Shown in pieces: positions 29,251 to 43,130 of a stretch of DNA of 64,000 nucleotides (position 1 is its first letter; each line of letters starts with the position of its first letter). Made by a program: the position numbers and the translations under genes. Origin of the DNA: Eledone cirrhosa. Taxonomy: Eukaryota. The DNA lies in the NCBI GenBank assembly GCA_964016885.1, contig OZ024756.1:10416001-10480000 (forward strand), given 5' to 3'. The notes under the pieces were generated by a model. The model saw only the letters and a list, made by a program, of their open reading frames with translations. It made no database searches and was not told the origin of the DNA.

Positions 29251-29252
<2 letters not shown>
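28891..29252. mobile_element. Inverted pair of PLE pseudo-LTR ends with degenerate HHR (29014-29056, minus) at the centre
   Basis: ~140-bp diverged inverted arms homologous to 54428-54690. Confidence 0.85.
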
Positions 29253-29301
<49 letters not shown>

Positions 29302-29387
29302 AAAAGGTAAACAGAAATAACAACACAATCGGTACAGTATATGGAGATGTATATATTAGGTTAACGCTTGATATAGCAGGAAGAGGG

Positions 29388-29423
29388 TCTTAACGTTTCG
29401 GACGCTAGTCCTTCATCAGAAGA
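29388..29423 (-). ncRNA. Minimal hammerhead in a pseudo-LTR-like repeat (29296-29660)
   Basis: Minus strand: TCTT-CTGATGA-AGGAC-tagc-GTCC-GAAA-CG-TT-AAGA; stem III is possible only as a dimer via the AACGTT palindrome. Confidence 0.7.
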
Positions 29424-29679
29424 AAGAATAAGAAATATAATAGAGCGAGGGGACGGGTGGGATGGTATTGGAAAAAATGTCTTTAGATAAAAATAACAGG
29501 TCCATTCATGTTGATATCTCTTGCAAAACTGTTGGTGCTGGCGTTTTGTGTATGATTTGTTTTTTTAGAAAAGTGGATGATAGAGCGCGTCTACCTGAAA
29601 TGGGAAAAAAACCGTTTTGTAAAAAGAGCTATACTTGAGCACGTGCGTAAGCATGTGTTTGTGTGTGTTATATATCTAT

Positions 29680-30026
29680 CTAAGGCGGGTAAAATTCCCG
29701 AGATCCATGGACGAGTTCTCTCCAGCGGTCTCTGTCCCTCATTATCGCTGCCATATCCTGCGTCTCCAACAGACCAGTGTCTGTCCTTAGGGCATCAACA
29801 TACGTTAACCTTGGTCTTCGTCTTCTAGTATGTCCATGTAGGGGCTCCCAAAGGAGTCTGTGCTGCTGTATGGGTCTGAGACTTGGACACTGACCAAGAA
29901 ACTCACTCAGATGGTGGATGGATGCTACACGAGAATGCTGAGGATGGCTCTGAACATTAATCAATATACACTGAGGATGAAAAACTCAGAGCTGTATGGG
30001 AGCATCCCAAGAGTCAGCTCAAAAGT
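29680..30026 (-). mobile_element. 3' end of an RTE/RTEX-like LINE with 5' inversion
   Basis: Minus 29680-29855: LLWEPLHG...RRRPRLTYVDAL...DRDRWR; plus 29850-30026: LLYGSETWTLTK...CYTRMLRMAL (upstream part inverted). Confidence 0.85.
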
Positions 30027-30028
30027 GT

Positions 30029-30059
<31 letters not shown>

Positions 30060-30689
30060 TTCGAGGTTTTCACGAAGTCAGACACACTTGATTGATTCTG
30101 AAAGGCTAAAATGGATTACTAGAACTCCTAAACCATATTCCAGACATCCATACATTTCCAGGAATCCCCAATTTCAAATGTTCCGCTCACATTATTATTA
30201 TTATTGTTGTTATTTATCATTTTGCTGGCCTTCACCACCCATATATATTCTTTACCCTTATTTTTCCCATGTCGGTTATTATGACTGTCTCTATGGAAGT
30301 CATCTATCTCCTTACCTCCCTCCCCCCCTTTCTCTCTCTTTTCGAGGTTCACGAAGGTAGATGAACATCTTCGAAATCTTAACATATTTGCCTTGTCTAA
30401 TATACGTACTTGTATTGGATTATTTCATCCAAATCTTCTGGGATGCTATAAGCCATGATGGCTACCTATCTCACAATTTCCCTCCCGCCCACCCCCTCAC
30501 ACCACCTATAGCCTATTTGACCAATCAAACCTCAGCAACATGTCCCCACCCACCCATTACCAACCCCAACAAACTCTGCCATTACTACTATTACTACTAC
30601 TTTCTTCCACCCCTTACCAGCCCCAACAAACCCTGCCATTATTACTTCTACTGCCCTTCTATCCCTGAATTCTTTTACCATTTTGTATG

Positions 30690-33600
30690 GATGAGCTGAG
30701 GATAAATGGAGCAACCCCGAATTAATAAATGAATATGAATCCATGAGTTACCAAGCACCCATGCAGAGCTTTAATTCAGAGACAGGAAGCATACACACAC
30801 CCCTGCTAAAATTTACCCTTTCCCATGAATGATAGTAAATGTCCAAAACTCTGAGTGGGAACCATCAATGTGAGCACAATAAAAGGAAGAGCAGGAGAAA
30901 TTGTAGAGATGCTAGAGCGAAAGGAAATTGATGTATGCTGTGTGCAAGAGACTAGATGGAGAGGAGAATCCTCTAGAGTCCTTGTAGGCAAAAGTCAATG
31001 CTACAAATTTTTCTGGGTGGGAAATGACAATAGGATGGGTGGTGTAGGTATACTATTAGCTGACAAATAGGTTGATAAGGTAATCTCAGTGAACAGGGTG
31101 AACGCAAGAATCATTAAACTCAGACTAGTCTTGAATAAAACAATTGCCACAATAATATCAGACAAATTTAAGGATAGATTTTACGAGTCCCTAATGCACA
31201 CTACTGCCCTAACAAATGTCAATGACTTCCTAATCATTGCAGGAGATTTTAACGGATATGTAGGTAAACACTGTGACGGCTTCTATAGAATCCATGGAGG
31301 CCACGGGTTTGGCACAAGAAATGAAGAAGGCTTCAGGCTTCTAGAATTCTGCGACGCCAATGACATGTCGATATGTAACACAAACTTAAAAAAACCCGAC
31401 ATCCATCTGATCACTTATAGATCCAGGGAGCTTACTAGTCAGATAGATTTTATCCTTATCAGAGAACGTGATAGATGGACAGTTATTAACACAAAAACCT
31501 TCTCTGGTGAGGAATGTACCTCCCAACATAACTTAGTTGTCAGCGACCTCACTGTCAGAACTAGACAAACTTGGAAACAGAAGGCAGCCTGGAGAAGAAA
31601 GATCTGGAAGCTGAAAGACCCTTCAGCCAGTAACAGATTTAAAGATATTTTACTCGACGCCTATGACAGTAAAGAACAGATAGAGACATTCAATGTAGAA
31701 GAGCACTGGGAGATCCCCAAAAATAACTTACTAAAGGCGACGGACGAGATCTGTAGTTGGAGCAAGGCCACGGGCAGGAGGAGAGTGACTTGGTAGTGGA
31801 ACAATAAGGTAGATGAGACAATTAAGGCTAAGAGACAGGCATGGAAAGAATGGAAGAACGGGGGAAGCAGGGCACATTACATAGAGACCAGGAGGGAAAC
31901 GGAGGATAGAAAATTCAAGCATGTTTTGCAATGTGAGGACCAGAAACAGGAGGTGTTCAGGATTGCGAGGCAGTGTGTCAGAGAAAATTGTGATATCATT
32001 GGAGAGAAGTGTGTCCGGATGATAAAGGTGAGCTTGCCCTCGCAAGTGCCGGGAAGAAAGATGCGTGGAAGAGTCATTATGAAAGATCACTAAATGAGGA
32101 GAATGCATGGGAAAAAGAGACCCTGCCCCAAGTGGACCCTATAGAGGGGTCAGCAGCAGCGTAGTAAGTGAGGCTATCAAAGATATGAAGACTGGGAAGG
32201 CAACCAGTCCATCGGGTATAGCTGCCGAGATGCTGAAGGCATCTGGGTCTGTAGGTAACACTATAACCACACGTATTGTTAACCAGGTAATACTAGGTGT
32301 CATACCAAAAGATTGGTGCAGTAGCATCATTGTCAACTGCTACAAAGGTAAAGGTGATGCACTAGATAGAGGAAATTATAGAGGTATAAAACTGATGGAC
32401 CAGGTCTTGAAAGTAATGGAAAGAGTTACAGCACAGTTGATTAGGGACCGGGTGAAACTAGATGAGATGCAGCTTGGGTTTGTACCAGGAAGAGGCCCCA
32501 CTGATGCCCTCTTCCTTGTAAGACAGTTACAGGAAAAGTACCTAGCTAAGAGGTAAGCCACTCTACCTGGCATTCGTCGATCTGGAGAAAGCCTTTGACA
32601 GAGTCCGCCGTGCTATAATCTGGTGGGCTCTTAGAAAACTAGGAGTAGATGAATGGCTTGTGAAAGCTGTACAAGCCACGTATAGAGGAGCAGTCAGCAA
32701 AGTTAGAGTTAGCAAAGACTATAGCGAGGAATTTGGCATACAGATCGGTGTCCACCAGGGCTCTGTTCTTAGCCCTCTGTTCATCATAGTTCTGCAGGCA
32801 ATAACGGAGGAGTTTAAGACTGGATGCCCATGGGAACTTCTGTACGCGGATGATCTCACACTTATAGCTGAATCTATGGTGGAACTAGAGAAGAAATTCC
32901 AAACATGGAAGCAGGGACTAGAAAGAAAGGGTCTCAAAGTCAACCTGACAAAGATTAAGGTCCTTGTAAGTAGACGAGAAAACAGAATCCAGATCCCCTC
33001 CGGGAAATGACCTTCCTCAGTATGTAGGAAAGATGTAGGTAGGAACTCCATCCTCTGCCCCAAATGCAAACAATGGGTACACAAGAGATGTAGCGGGATC
33101 TCAGGAAGCTTAACTAAGAATGTAGCAGCTGTGCTGGGAAAGCAAGCAGCAAACAGCCACAGGAAAAAAGCACCACCAAACTCTGGCAGAGCTCTGTAGA
33201 AACAGTAGACAGCTTCTTCTACCTAGGTGACCGAATTAGCAGCGGATGTGGGTGTTCAGAAAGTACAATAACTAGGGTGAGAACAGGATGGAAGAAGTTC
33301 AGGGAGCTACTGCCACTGTTAGTTGCAAAAGGCTTTTCCCTCAAAATGAAAGGCAGACTGTATGATGCGTGTATACGAACAGCAATGTTGCATGGTAGTA
33401 AGACCTGGGCGCTAGACAACGCGAACGGCAAAGCATAAACGAATTGAGAGAAAGACTGAGCATAAGAGGAATCAAATGCTGCGTGCAGGGGAGGAGGTTG
33501 CGTTGGTATGGACATGTGATGCATATGAAGGATGACAGCTGCATAAAAAGGTGCAGAGCACTAGAAGTTGATGGAAGCCGCGGAGTGGGGAGACCCAAGA

Positions 33601-34035
33601 AGACCTGGGATGAGGTGATAAAAGCCGACCTTACCCAATTGCACCTCTCAAAGGTGATGACACATGACCGTGACCTCTGGCGTCACGCAGTAATACAGAA
33701 GACCTGATCCCCAACGGGTACAAGCCGAAACTGAAGCATATAGACAATATGCCGCCACCCCCTGCAAAGGGGTTGTGGAGGTGCCACGGAAATAAAGCAC
33801 CCAGCCCACACTGTAAAGTGGACGTGTAGGCGCCATGGAAAAAAAGCACCCAGCACTGACTGTAAATGAGGTTGGTGTTAGTAAGGGCATCCAGCTGTAG
33901 AAATCAAGCCAGAATCAGTTCCCATATGAGTAAGACATGGTTAACCAACCGGGCACTGCCCACAACAGGACAACCCATCTAACCCATGCTAGCGTGAAAG
34001 AATGAATGTAAAACGGTGATGGTGATGATGATGAT
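30690..34035 (+). mobile_element. Near full-length decayed RTE LINE (APE endonuclease + RT + 3' UTR + (GAT)n tail)
   Basis: GTINV, CCVQETRW, IAGDFNG, SQIDFIL, SQH.LVV (APE); LYADD (RT); many frameshifts and deletions. Confidence 0.95.
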
Positions 34036-34972
34036 CAGTGGGGGAGGGTGCTCTGAAAGTACAGTAGCTAGAGTCAGAACTGGGTGGAAAAAGTTCAGAG
34101 AGCTTATACCACTATTAGCCGCTAAAGGGTTCTCCCTAAAAATGAAAGGCAGGTTGTACGATGCCTGCATACGAACAGCAATGTTGCATGGCAGTGAGAC
34201 CTGGGCATTGTGTGCAGAGGATATACGCAGACTAGAGAGAAACGAAGCTTGCATGCTCCGCTGGATGTGTAATAGTAATATACGTGAACGACAAAGCATA
34301 AACGAACTAAGGAAAAAATTAGAAATAAGAGGGATCAGATGTTGTTTACTCGAGAGAAGGCTACGTTGGTATGGTCACGTGATGCGCATGAAGGACGATA
34401 GCTGTATAACAAAGTGCAGGGCAATAAAGATAGACGGTAGCCACGGAATAGGCAGACCCAGAAAAACCTGGGACGAGCTGATAAACTCCGACCTCACACA
34501 ATTACACCTCACCAAGACAATGTCACTGGACCGAGACCTTTGGCGGTACTCAGTAATAGAGAAGACCCGCCTTACCTAAATACAAAGTAAAACCTACTAC
34601 AGTCAGTAGGCATCTCTAACAAAATACACCCCCGTCCCACCACCCCCACCCCATCCACACCGCCCCCTTCTATGTAAAGTTATGTTGGTGCCACACCATC
34701 CAGGCCGAAACAAATGAGATTGTGTAGGTGTCACAACAAAAATACACACAGTCTACGCTGTAATGTGGCCGTGTAGGCAACACGGTAAAAACCTCCCAGA
34801 CCCACACTGTAAATGTGGTTGGTGTTAGGAAGGGCATCCAACTGTAGAAAACCTGCCAGACAGTCCTATGCGAGCAAGACAATCACTCTTGCCTCAAGTA
34901 GGAAAACCCCCATCCAAACCCATGCAAGCGTGGAACACGGATGTTAAACGATGATGATGATGATGATGATGA
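34036..34972 (+). mobile_element. 3' fragment of a second RTE subfamily
   Basis: Open frame to 34579 (GGCSES...LHGSETW...GRPRKTW), distinct 3' UTR, (GAT)n tail. Confidence 0.92.
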
Positions 34973-35125
34973 TTCAATTGAAGAAAGTTGGTTGATTAAA
35001 ATTCTTCCGACTTTTTTTTAACAGTTGTAAAGCACTCCACGGTTTTTATTTATTCGGATTGGTTGGCAAAGTGAATAATACACCCAATCTTTAACATATC
35101 AATGGAATTTTTCATCTCATTTGTA

Positions 35126-35199
35126 TATCTATCTGAAGAGAACACATAGGGCAGTTATTATATAATTGCCCTATATGTTCGAAATACGTATAATGAATA
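35126..35199 (+). ncRNA. Minimal type I hammerhead with ~20-bp stem II
   Basis: TATCTAT-CTGAAGA-GAACACATAGGGCAGTTA...TAATTGCCCTATATGTTC-GAAA-TACGTA-TA-ATGAATA. Confidence 0.8.
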
Positions 35200-35235
35200 A
35201 AACCGTCCTTCTTGTTTATTATATATATATATATA

Positions 35236-35280
<45 letters not shown>

Positions 35281-35309
35281 ATATATGTATATATATATAT
35301 ATGTGTGTG

Positions 35310-35648
35310 TCATCGATATCATCATTTTTACGTCCGCTTTTCCCTGCTTGCAAGGGTGGGACGCGAACTGATTCTGGCTTGATTTCTACAGCTGGATGCC
35401 CTTCCTAACACCAACCTCATTTACAGCGGGTGCTGGGTGCTTTTTTCCCGTGGCACCTCCACGTCCACTTTGCAGTGGAATGATAGGGGCCCCGGTCCCT
35501 ATCATCTCATTTCTACAGCTGAGTAAACTGGAGCAATGTGAAATAAAGTGTCTTGCTCAAGGAAACAACACATCACCCGGTCTAAGAATTTAACTCACAA
35601 CCTTTCGATTGCAAGGCCAATGCTCTAACCACTAAGCCATGTGCCTAC
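35310..35648 (-). mobile_element. tRNA-derived SINE
   Basis: Reverse complement of 28550-28890. Confidence 0.9.
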
Positions 35649-35756
35649 ACTGTGTGAGTATATATATGTATATATATATATATATGTGTGTGTGTATATA
35701 TATATATATATACGGACAGAATAATTCCAGTATGTATATATATATATGTGTGTGTA

Positions 35757-35795
<39 letters not shown>

Positions 35796-36220
35796 CAGTA
35801 TGTATAACAATGAACTCTTTTATCAAAATACTAATTAGCAGCAATTTTACATTTCAGTCCATTTCCGTATCTCATTTCATCTAACAATTTGTTTTAGAAT
35901 CAACAACCACTTATCAATATACTTTCACACACACTTTATTGATTTTATTTATTTATTTATTTATTCATGAATGAGATCTCTGCGTAATGAGGTTCAAATC
36001 TTCCGCAACAAAATAAAAGATTGTATCACATCTACATTTTAAGATCGTCTTCCTAACAGAAAACAATGTCTGCTTCTTCCTCTGATCAACACAAGATAAA
36101 TTAATTGCTTAGCAATACAACTTCCAAATCAGATCAGTCTCCAATATATTTTCCAATGCAATTTTCATCATTCCAGAAGTTGAGAATTTCCATTTCCCAA
36201 ATCAATGCACTTGATTCTTA

Positions 36221-37593
36221 ACAAACCATTCTTCCCAGCCAAAACAGGATCTATTTCTGATTGGGTCACAACAAACCATTCTTCCCAGCCAAAACAGTAT
36301 CTATTTCTGATTGGGTCACAACAAACCATTCTTCCCAGCCAAAACAGTATCTATTTGTGATTGGGTCCCAACAAACCATTCTTCCCAGCCAAAACAGTGT
36401 CTATTTGTGATTGGGTCCCAAAAAACCATTCTTCCCAGCCAAAACTGTCTATTTGTGATTGGGTCACAACAAACCATTCTTCCCAGCCAAAACAGTGTCT
36501 ATTTCTGAGTGGATCACAACAAACCATTCTTCCCAGCCAAAACAGTGTCTATTTCTGAATGGATCACAACAAACCATTCTTCCCAGTCAAAACAGTATCT
36601 ATTTCTGAATGGATCACAACAAACCATTCTTCCCAGTCAAAACAATATCTATTTGTGATTGGGTCACAACAAGCCATTCTTCCCAGCCAAAACAGTGTCT
36701 ATTTATGAGTGGATCACAACAAATCATTCTTCCCAGCCAAAACAGTGTCTATTTCTTATTGGATCACAAAAAACCATTCTTCCCAGCCAAAACAGTATCT
36801 ATTTCTGATTGGGTCCCAACAAACCATTCTTCCCAGCCAAAACAGTATCTATTTGTGATTGGGTCCCAACAAACCTTTCTTCCCAGCCAAAACAGTGTCT
36901 ATTTATGAGTGGATCACAACAAACCATTCTTCCCAGCCAAAACAGTGTCTATTTCTGATTGAATCACAACAAACCATTCTTCCCAGCCAAAACAGTGTCT
37001 ATTTGTGATTGGGTCACAACAAACCATTCTTCCCAGCCAAAACAGTATCTATTTCTGAGTGGATCACGACAAACCATTCTTCCCAGCCAAAACAGTGTCT
37101 ATTTCTGAATGGATCACAACAAACCATTCTTCCCAGCCAAAACAGTGTCTATTTCTGAATGGATCACAACAAACCTTTCTTCCCAGCCAAAACAGTGTCT
37201 ATTTCTGAATGGATTACAACAAATCATTCTTCCCAGCCAAAACAGTGTCTATTTGTGATTAGATCACAACAAACCATTCCTCCCAGCCAAAACAGTGTCT
37301 ATTTGTGATTGGATCACAACAAACCATTCTTCCCAGCCAAAACAGTGTCTATTTCTGAATGGATCACAACAAACCATTCTTCCCAGCCAAAACAGTGTCT
37401 ATTTGTGATTAGATCACAACAAACCATTCCTCCCAGCCAAAACAGTGTCTATTTCTGATTGGATCACAACAAACCATTCTTCCCAGCCAAAACAGTGTCT
37501 ATTTCTGATTGGATCACAACAAACCATTCTTCCCAGCCAAAACAGTGTCTATTTGTGAGTGGATCACAACAAACCATTCCTCCCAGTCAAAAC
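36221..37593. repeat. 50-bp minisatellite, about 27 copies
   Basis: Unit ACAAACCATTCTTCCCAGCCAAAACAGTGTCTATTTCTGATTGGATCACA. Confidence 0.98.
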
Positions 37594-37639
37594 AGAGGAG
37601 ATAAGGAAGGACTGCAACAAGTGGGGGAATGTTGTGCTG

Positions 37640-38190
37640 GTAATGACTTGACCAACCCTTGCAAACAGGAAAAAGTAGATGTAAAACAATGGTGGTGGGG
37701 TGGGGGTGGTGATGATGGTGGTGGTAGGTGTGATGGTGATGGTGTTTGTGTTGATGGTGGTGATGATGATGATGATTGTGGTGGTGGTGGTGGTGGTGAT
37801 GGTGGCCATGCTGATGGTGGTGATGATGGTGGTGGTGGTGGTGATGGTGGCAATGGTGATGGTGGTGGTGATGATGCTGGTGATGATGATGATGGTGGTG
37901 GCAATGGTGATGATGGTGGTGGTGATAGGTGGTGGTGGCCATCGTGATGGTGGCGATGGCGGTCGTGGTGATGGTGGTGATGGTGGCGATGGTGATGATG
38001 ATGGTGATCATGATGCTGGTGATGATGGCAATGGTGGTGGTCATCATTGTGGTGATGGTGGTGTTGATGGTGGTGGTGATGATGGTGGTCATGATGGTGA
38101 TGATGGTGGTGGTGTTTGTGATGATGGTGGTGGTGGTGATGGTGTGTGGTTGTGCTCATGGTGGTGGTGGTGTTGGTGTCCATGGTGGTG
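37640..38190 (+). repeat. RTE/SINE 3' tail remnant running into a (GGT/GAT)n array
   Basis: CCCTTGCAAACAGGAAAAAGTAGATGTAAAA matches the SINE tail; followed by trinucleotide repeats. Confidence 0.75.
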
Positions 38191-38251
38191 GCGACACCAC
38201 TTTAGAAGTTTCTCAAAGACCTTATATTATTATGTATTATTTTATGTTTAC

Positions 38252-38368
<117 letters not shown>

Positions 38369-38375
38369 ATATTTA

Positions 38376-38427
<52 letters not shown>

Positions 38428-38429
<2 letters not shown>

Positions 38430-38775
38430 AGGCACGTGGCTTAGTGGTTAGAGCATTGGCCTTGCAATCGAAAGGTTGTGAGTTCAATTCTCAGACCGGG
38501 TGATGTGTTGTTTCCTTGAGCAAGACACTTTATTTCACATTGCTCCAGTTTACTCAGCTGTAGAAATGAGATGGTAAGGACTGGGGTCCATATCATTCCG
38601 CTGCAAAGTGGTCGTGGAGGCGCCACGGCAAAAAAGCACCCAGCATTCACTGTAAATGAGGTTGGTGTTAGGAAGGGCATCCAGCTGTAGAAATCAAGCC
38701 AGAATCAGTTCCCGTCCCACCCTTGCAAGCAGGGAAAAAGCGGATGTAAAATGAAATAAAATGATGAAATGATGA
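38428..38775 (+). mobile_element. tRNA-derived SINE
   Basis: A-box TGGCTTAGTGG, B-box GTTCAATTC; highly similar to the 28550 copy. Confidence 0.92.
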
Positions 38776-39600
38776 ATAAGGGTTGACGGACCCAGCATAT
38801 ATATCAATGCCAGTACCGGTTGTATCTCAGCGCACTCAATGGGTAATGTAAGATACATTACCAGAGTATACACCTAGTTATTTGCCTCAACACAACACAC
38901 GTAAAACGGGTGCCTATAAAGTTCCCAGACTCAAGTTCCTGCACTAATGCAGCAGTAAGATGGTGCACTGCAGTAAGATACAGACAGATGGTGCACTGCA
39001 CCATCTGTCTGCATATATTATGCAACAATGCACAATCGGCTTGTGCGGCTTCATCAGCGGGTATCGCCTAATCAATAACCAATCGATCGACATAATCCAA
39101 ACACCGGCCCGTGCCGGTCATGACTGTTTGTGACAACCGACACGGTGAAGTGATTAGCAACTGGCAACTGATAGGACTCTATCTCTCAACTAGCCACCGA
39201 TTTACAGATTTTACATGGGGACGGGAAGCTAAAAAGAATCAATCTATTAGTTCCTGTCAGAAGCTCTCAGCCAACGTATCTCAAGTGAAAAGATGGCTAT
39301 TAGAAATAGCAGTTCACATTGATATAAAATAGAATGGCAGCATTCGATTCATGTCTCCAAGCCCCATGGCTAGAGGACAGCGATGGTAACAATGGTAGTG
39401 CCAAGAACCTTTAACGAACTTTAAATGCGATCATCCATTATATACCAATATAGTAGCGAGCTGAAATGTGTCAGCCTCGTGCGTAGATAACGAGTCTAAT
39501 TCACAACTTAAACGAGTGAGAGACAAAATTAGTAGCAGGAAAAAGAGTGCATATCAAAACAAAAACACAATAAAAAGTGAAAAATTGTTTAACTTACTCT

Positions 39601-39634
<34 letters not shown>

Positions 39635-39671
39635 TATTAATAAATGGAAGCTATCTTTATAAAACCAATTT

Positions 39672-39731
39672 ATTTTATTATATATATATTTCAATGGTAC
39701 CAGTATTTTGGTATGCTCTCATCAGATAAAA
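39672..39731 (-). ncRNA. Minimal type I hammerhead
   Basis: Minus strand: TTTTAT-CTGATGA-GAGCATACCA-aaatac-TGGTACCATT-GAAA-TATATATA-TA-ATAAAA. Confidence 0.7.
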
Positions 39732-39798
39732 CACAAAAATTCGTTTACAGATAGTGACTTATTTACATATGAACTTAATGTTATGAGTTCTATGTAAA

Positions 39799-40290
39799 TC
39801 ATCATCATCATCATTTTACGCCCGTTCATCCACGCTAGCATGGGTTAGACAGGTTGTCCTGTTGTGGGCAGTGTCCGCTCGGCTGACCTTGTCTTGCTCA
39901 TACGGGAACTGATTCTGGCTTCATTTCTACAGCTGGATGCCCTTCCTAACACCGACCTCATTTACAGTGAGTGCTGGGTGCTTTTTTTTTCCATGGCGCC
40001 TACACGACTACTTTACAGTGTGGGCTGGGTGCTTTTTTTTCCATGGCACCTACAGGTCCACTTTACAGTGTGGGCTGGGTGCTTTTTTGCCGTGGCACCT
40101 CTACGTCCACTTTGCAGTGGAATGATAGGGACCCCAGTCCCTATCATCTCATTTCTACAGCTGAGTAAACTGGAGCAATGTGAAATAAAGTGTCTTGCTC
40201 AAGGAAACAACACATCACTCGGTCTGAGAATTGAACTCACAACCTTTTGATTGCAAGCCCAATGCTCTAACCACTAAGCCATGTGCCTTC
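39799..40290 (-). mobile_element. tRNA-derived SINE with expanded ~50-bp internal repeats and the long RTE tail
   Basis: Same head as the other SINEs; tail matches LINE 3' ends at 4240-4365 and 33870-34030. Confidence 0.9.
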
Positions 40291-40357
40291 AAATATATAT
40301 GTATATATAAATATGCGTGTGTGTGTGTGTATATATATGTATGTATGTTTGTATGTA

Positions 40358-40530
40358 TGAAGAGGAAGACCCCGAAAAACATGGGCGAAGGTAGTGAGAG
40401 CTGACCTCAGATTGCTGAAGCTCACAGGAGAGATGACAAAGGACCGTGATGAATGCAGATATGCTGTGCTGAAGAGGACCAGTCCTACCCTTATAAGCAG
40501 GGAAAAGTGGACGTAAAATGATGATGATGT
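40358..40530 (+). mobile_element. 3' end of a third RTE subfamily
   Basis: RGRPRKTWAKVVRADLRLLKLTGEMTKDRDECRYAV, then CCCTTATAAGCAGGGAAAAGTGGACGTAAAATGATGATG. Confidence 0.85.
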
Positions 40531-40939
40531 ATGTTTGTATGTATGTATGTATGTATATATATATGTATGTGTGTGTAGATATGTTTGTGTGTGTGTGTGT
40601 GTATATATATATACATATATGTATATTGTTGTTGTTGTTGTTTTTTGGGGGGTTTTTTCTCATGCAATGGCCATACTCGATAACGAGGGGGCAGCCCTCA
40701 TCATATAAGTATGTTCTTCTGGTTTTATAATTTCACAAAGTTTTACCAATAGAGAGAGAGTCGGTTTCTAACATAGACACAAGACTCTCTCATTGGAATT
40801 TACACAACATCAACTAGGTAGATATGTATGTCTGCATGCATGTGTAGATATGGATGTTATTGTATGTGTGGATGTGTATGTTTTGAGTTGTATGTGTGCA
40901 TGTGTATATGCTTTGCATCTGTACATCTGTATATGCAGT

Positions 40940-41100
40940 TGTTAGATGCAAAATTTTTGGAATGTTTTACATATTTTTACTGTTCCATTAATGGATTGTA
41001 CTTGTAATTTCCTAACTAGTTGTGTTCTTTCTGTTCCTGTGAAGCCTAATTTCTCAAGATTTGTATTGGGGCAATTACTAACATACCCCAGTGCCCAATA
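40940..41100 (-). mobile_element. Extreme C-terminus of an RLE-type non-LTR element
   Basis: ALGYV...NLEKLGF...LQVQSINGTVKICKTF resembles the GALG...LQ...GT..I end of RLE LINEs (cf. 43273-43557). Confidence 0.5.
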
Positions 41101-41961
41101 AATATGTATGTATGCATGCATGCATGTGTATGTATGCATGTATATATGGATGTGTGTGTGTATGCATGTATGTGTGTGTTATGTAAGCATGCACTCATAC
41201 ATGTATGTGATCATCATCATCGTTTAACATCTATCTTCCATGCTAGCATGGGTTAGATGGGAATTGTCCCTCTTGAGGCAAGATTGATCGGGTGACCGTG
41301 TTTCGCTCGTACAGAACTGTTTTGGGCAGGTTTTCTATGGCTTGATGCCCTTCTTAACACCAACCACATTTACAAAACATGTAAAATGATGGCAATGATG
41401 ATAATGATGAACTGCTCAGTAAAGGCTAGAGCATATATTTTGTGAAATAGCTGTAGTACCTGTAGTGTACAATGTCCAATAAGATACCAGTGTAGGATTT
41501 ATACATTTCACTCTGACTTATACAAACAGAAAGGGATGAAGTGTATGAGGAGCCTATATAAGGTTCCATGATTTGCTAGAAATAACAGTTAACCTAAATC
41601 ACCATCAAATCATACAATACAATATTAGCATATTAGATAAGCAATACACATTGGCTGATGTATTCCTAGGTAGACAGTGGCACTGTATCTAGGGAAATGG
41701 CTAGATCACGACTGAGTGGCCCTAAGTCTTCTTGGTGAGAGTAACAACAACAACACTATATAGAATGGAAGGAAAGAGGAAAGAAAGGAGAAAAAAATGG
41801 AGACAGAATGACCTTAGATAGAGAGATAGATAGAGAGATAGATGGATAGATGGATAGATAGATAGATAGAGAAATAGATAGATAGAGAGAGAAAGAAATA
41901 TGTGTGTATGTATGTGTGTGTATATATATATATATTATTATATTATAGTTTTAATATAGAT

Positions 41962-42014
41962 GAGATTCTACAGGACTAGAACTGTTTCATTCTTTAGAAA
42001 TCATCAGGAATCTC
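41962..42014 (-). ncRNA. Type I hammerhead with monomeric stem III, inside a perfect palindrome (41947-42074)
   Basis: Minus strand: GAGATTC-CTGATGA-TTTC-taaa-GAAT-GAAA-CAG-ttctagtc-CTG-TA-GAATCTC. Confidence 0.8.
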
Positions 42015-42214
42015 TGATGATTTCTAAAGAATGAAACAGTTCTAGTCCTGTAGAATCTCATCTATATTAAAACTTTTATACTCTGCAATGTATTGAGTAC
42101 CTTACTTACTGTGGTTACCTCCGATTCAACCCGGAATAACGTATATATATTATATATATATATATAAATTATCAATATACAAAATATAGACTCACTGCAC
42201 TATATATTAATAGT

Positions 42215-42817
<603 letters not shown>

Positions 42818-43130
42818 GTGCTGTAATAAATGTAGAAAAGAAGAAATTTGTTCATGAAGCATCAAGAGAATATATATAAAAGGATATTTTATGCCATTGT
42901 TTGCACCAAAGAATCACTGATGCAAAAAATATAGATTTTCTCAATTTCTAGTTTTGCAATTTTTGGCATAATATGAAAGATTGCCTGAATATTACCGAGA
43001 GTGACATTAGTTTAATGGTGCTAGGGTTCTGTCTCTTTGTTTCTTTGGTATTTGTTGTTGTTGATGGGTTTTTAATTTTTTTTTTTGGGGGGGGGGGGGT
43101 ATCTTGGGGTGGAGATGGGGTTTAGGGCAG

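Noticed and set aside
39030-39062. CTGATGA plus GCACAA/TTGTGC hairpin on the minus strand
   Set aside because: The GAAA half is missing; at best a truncated HHR.
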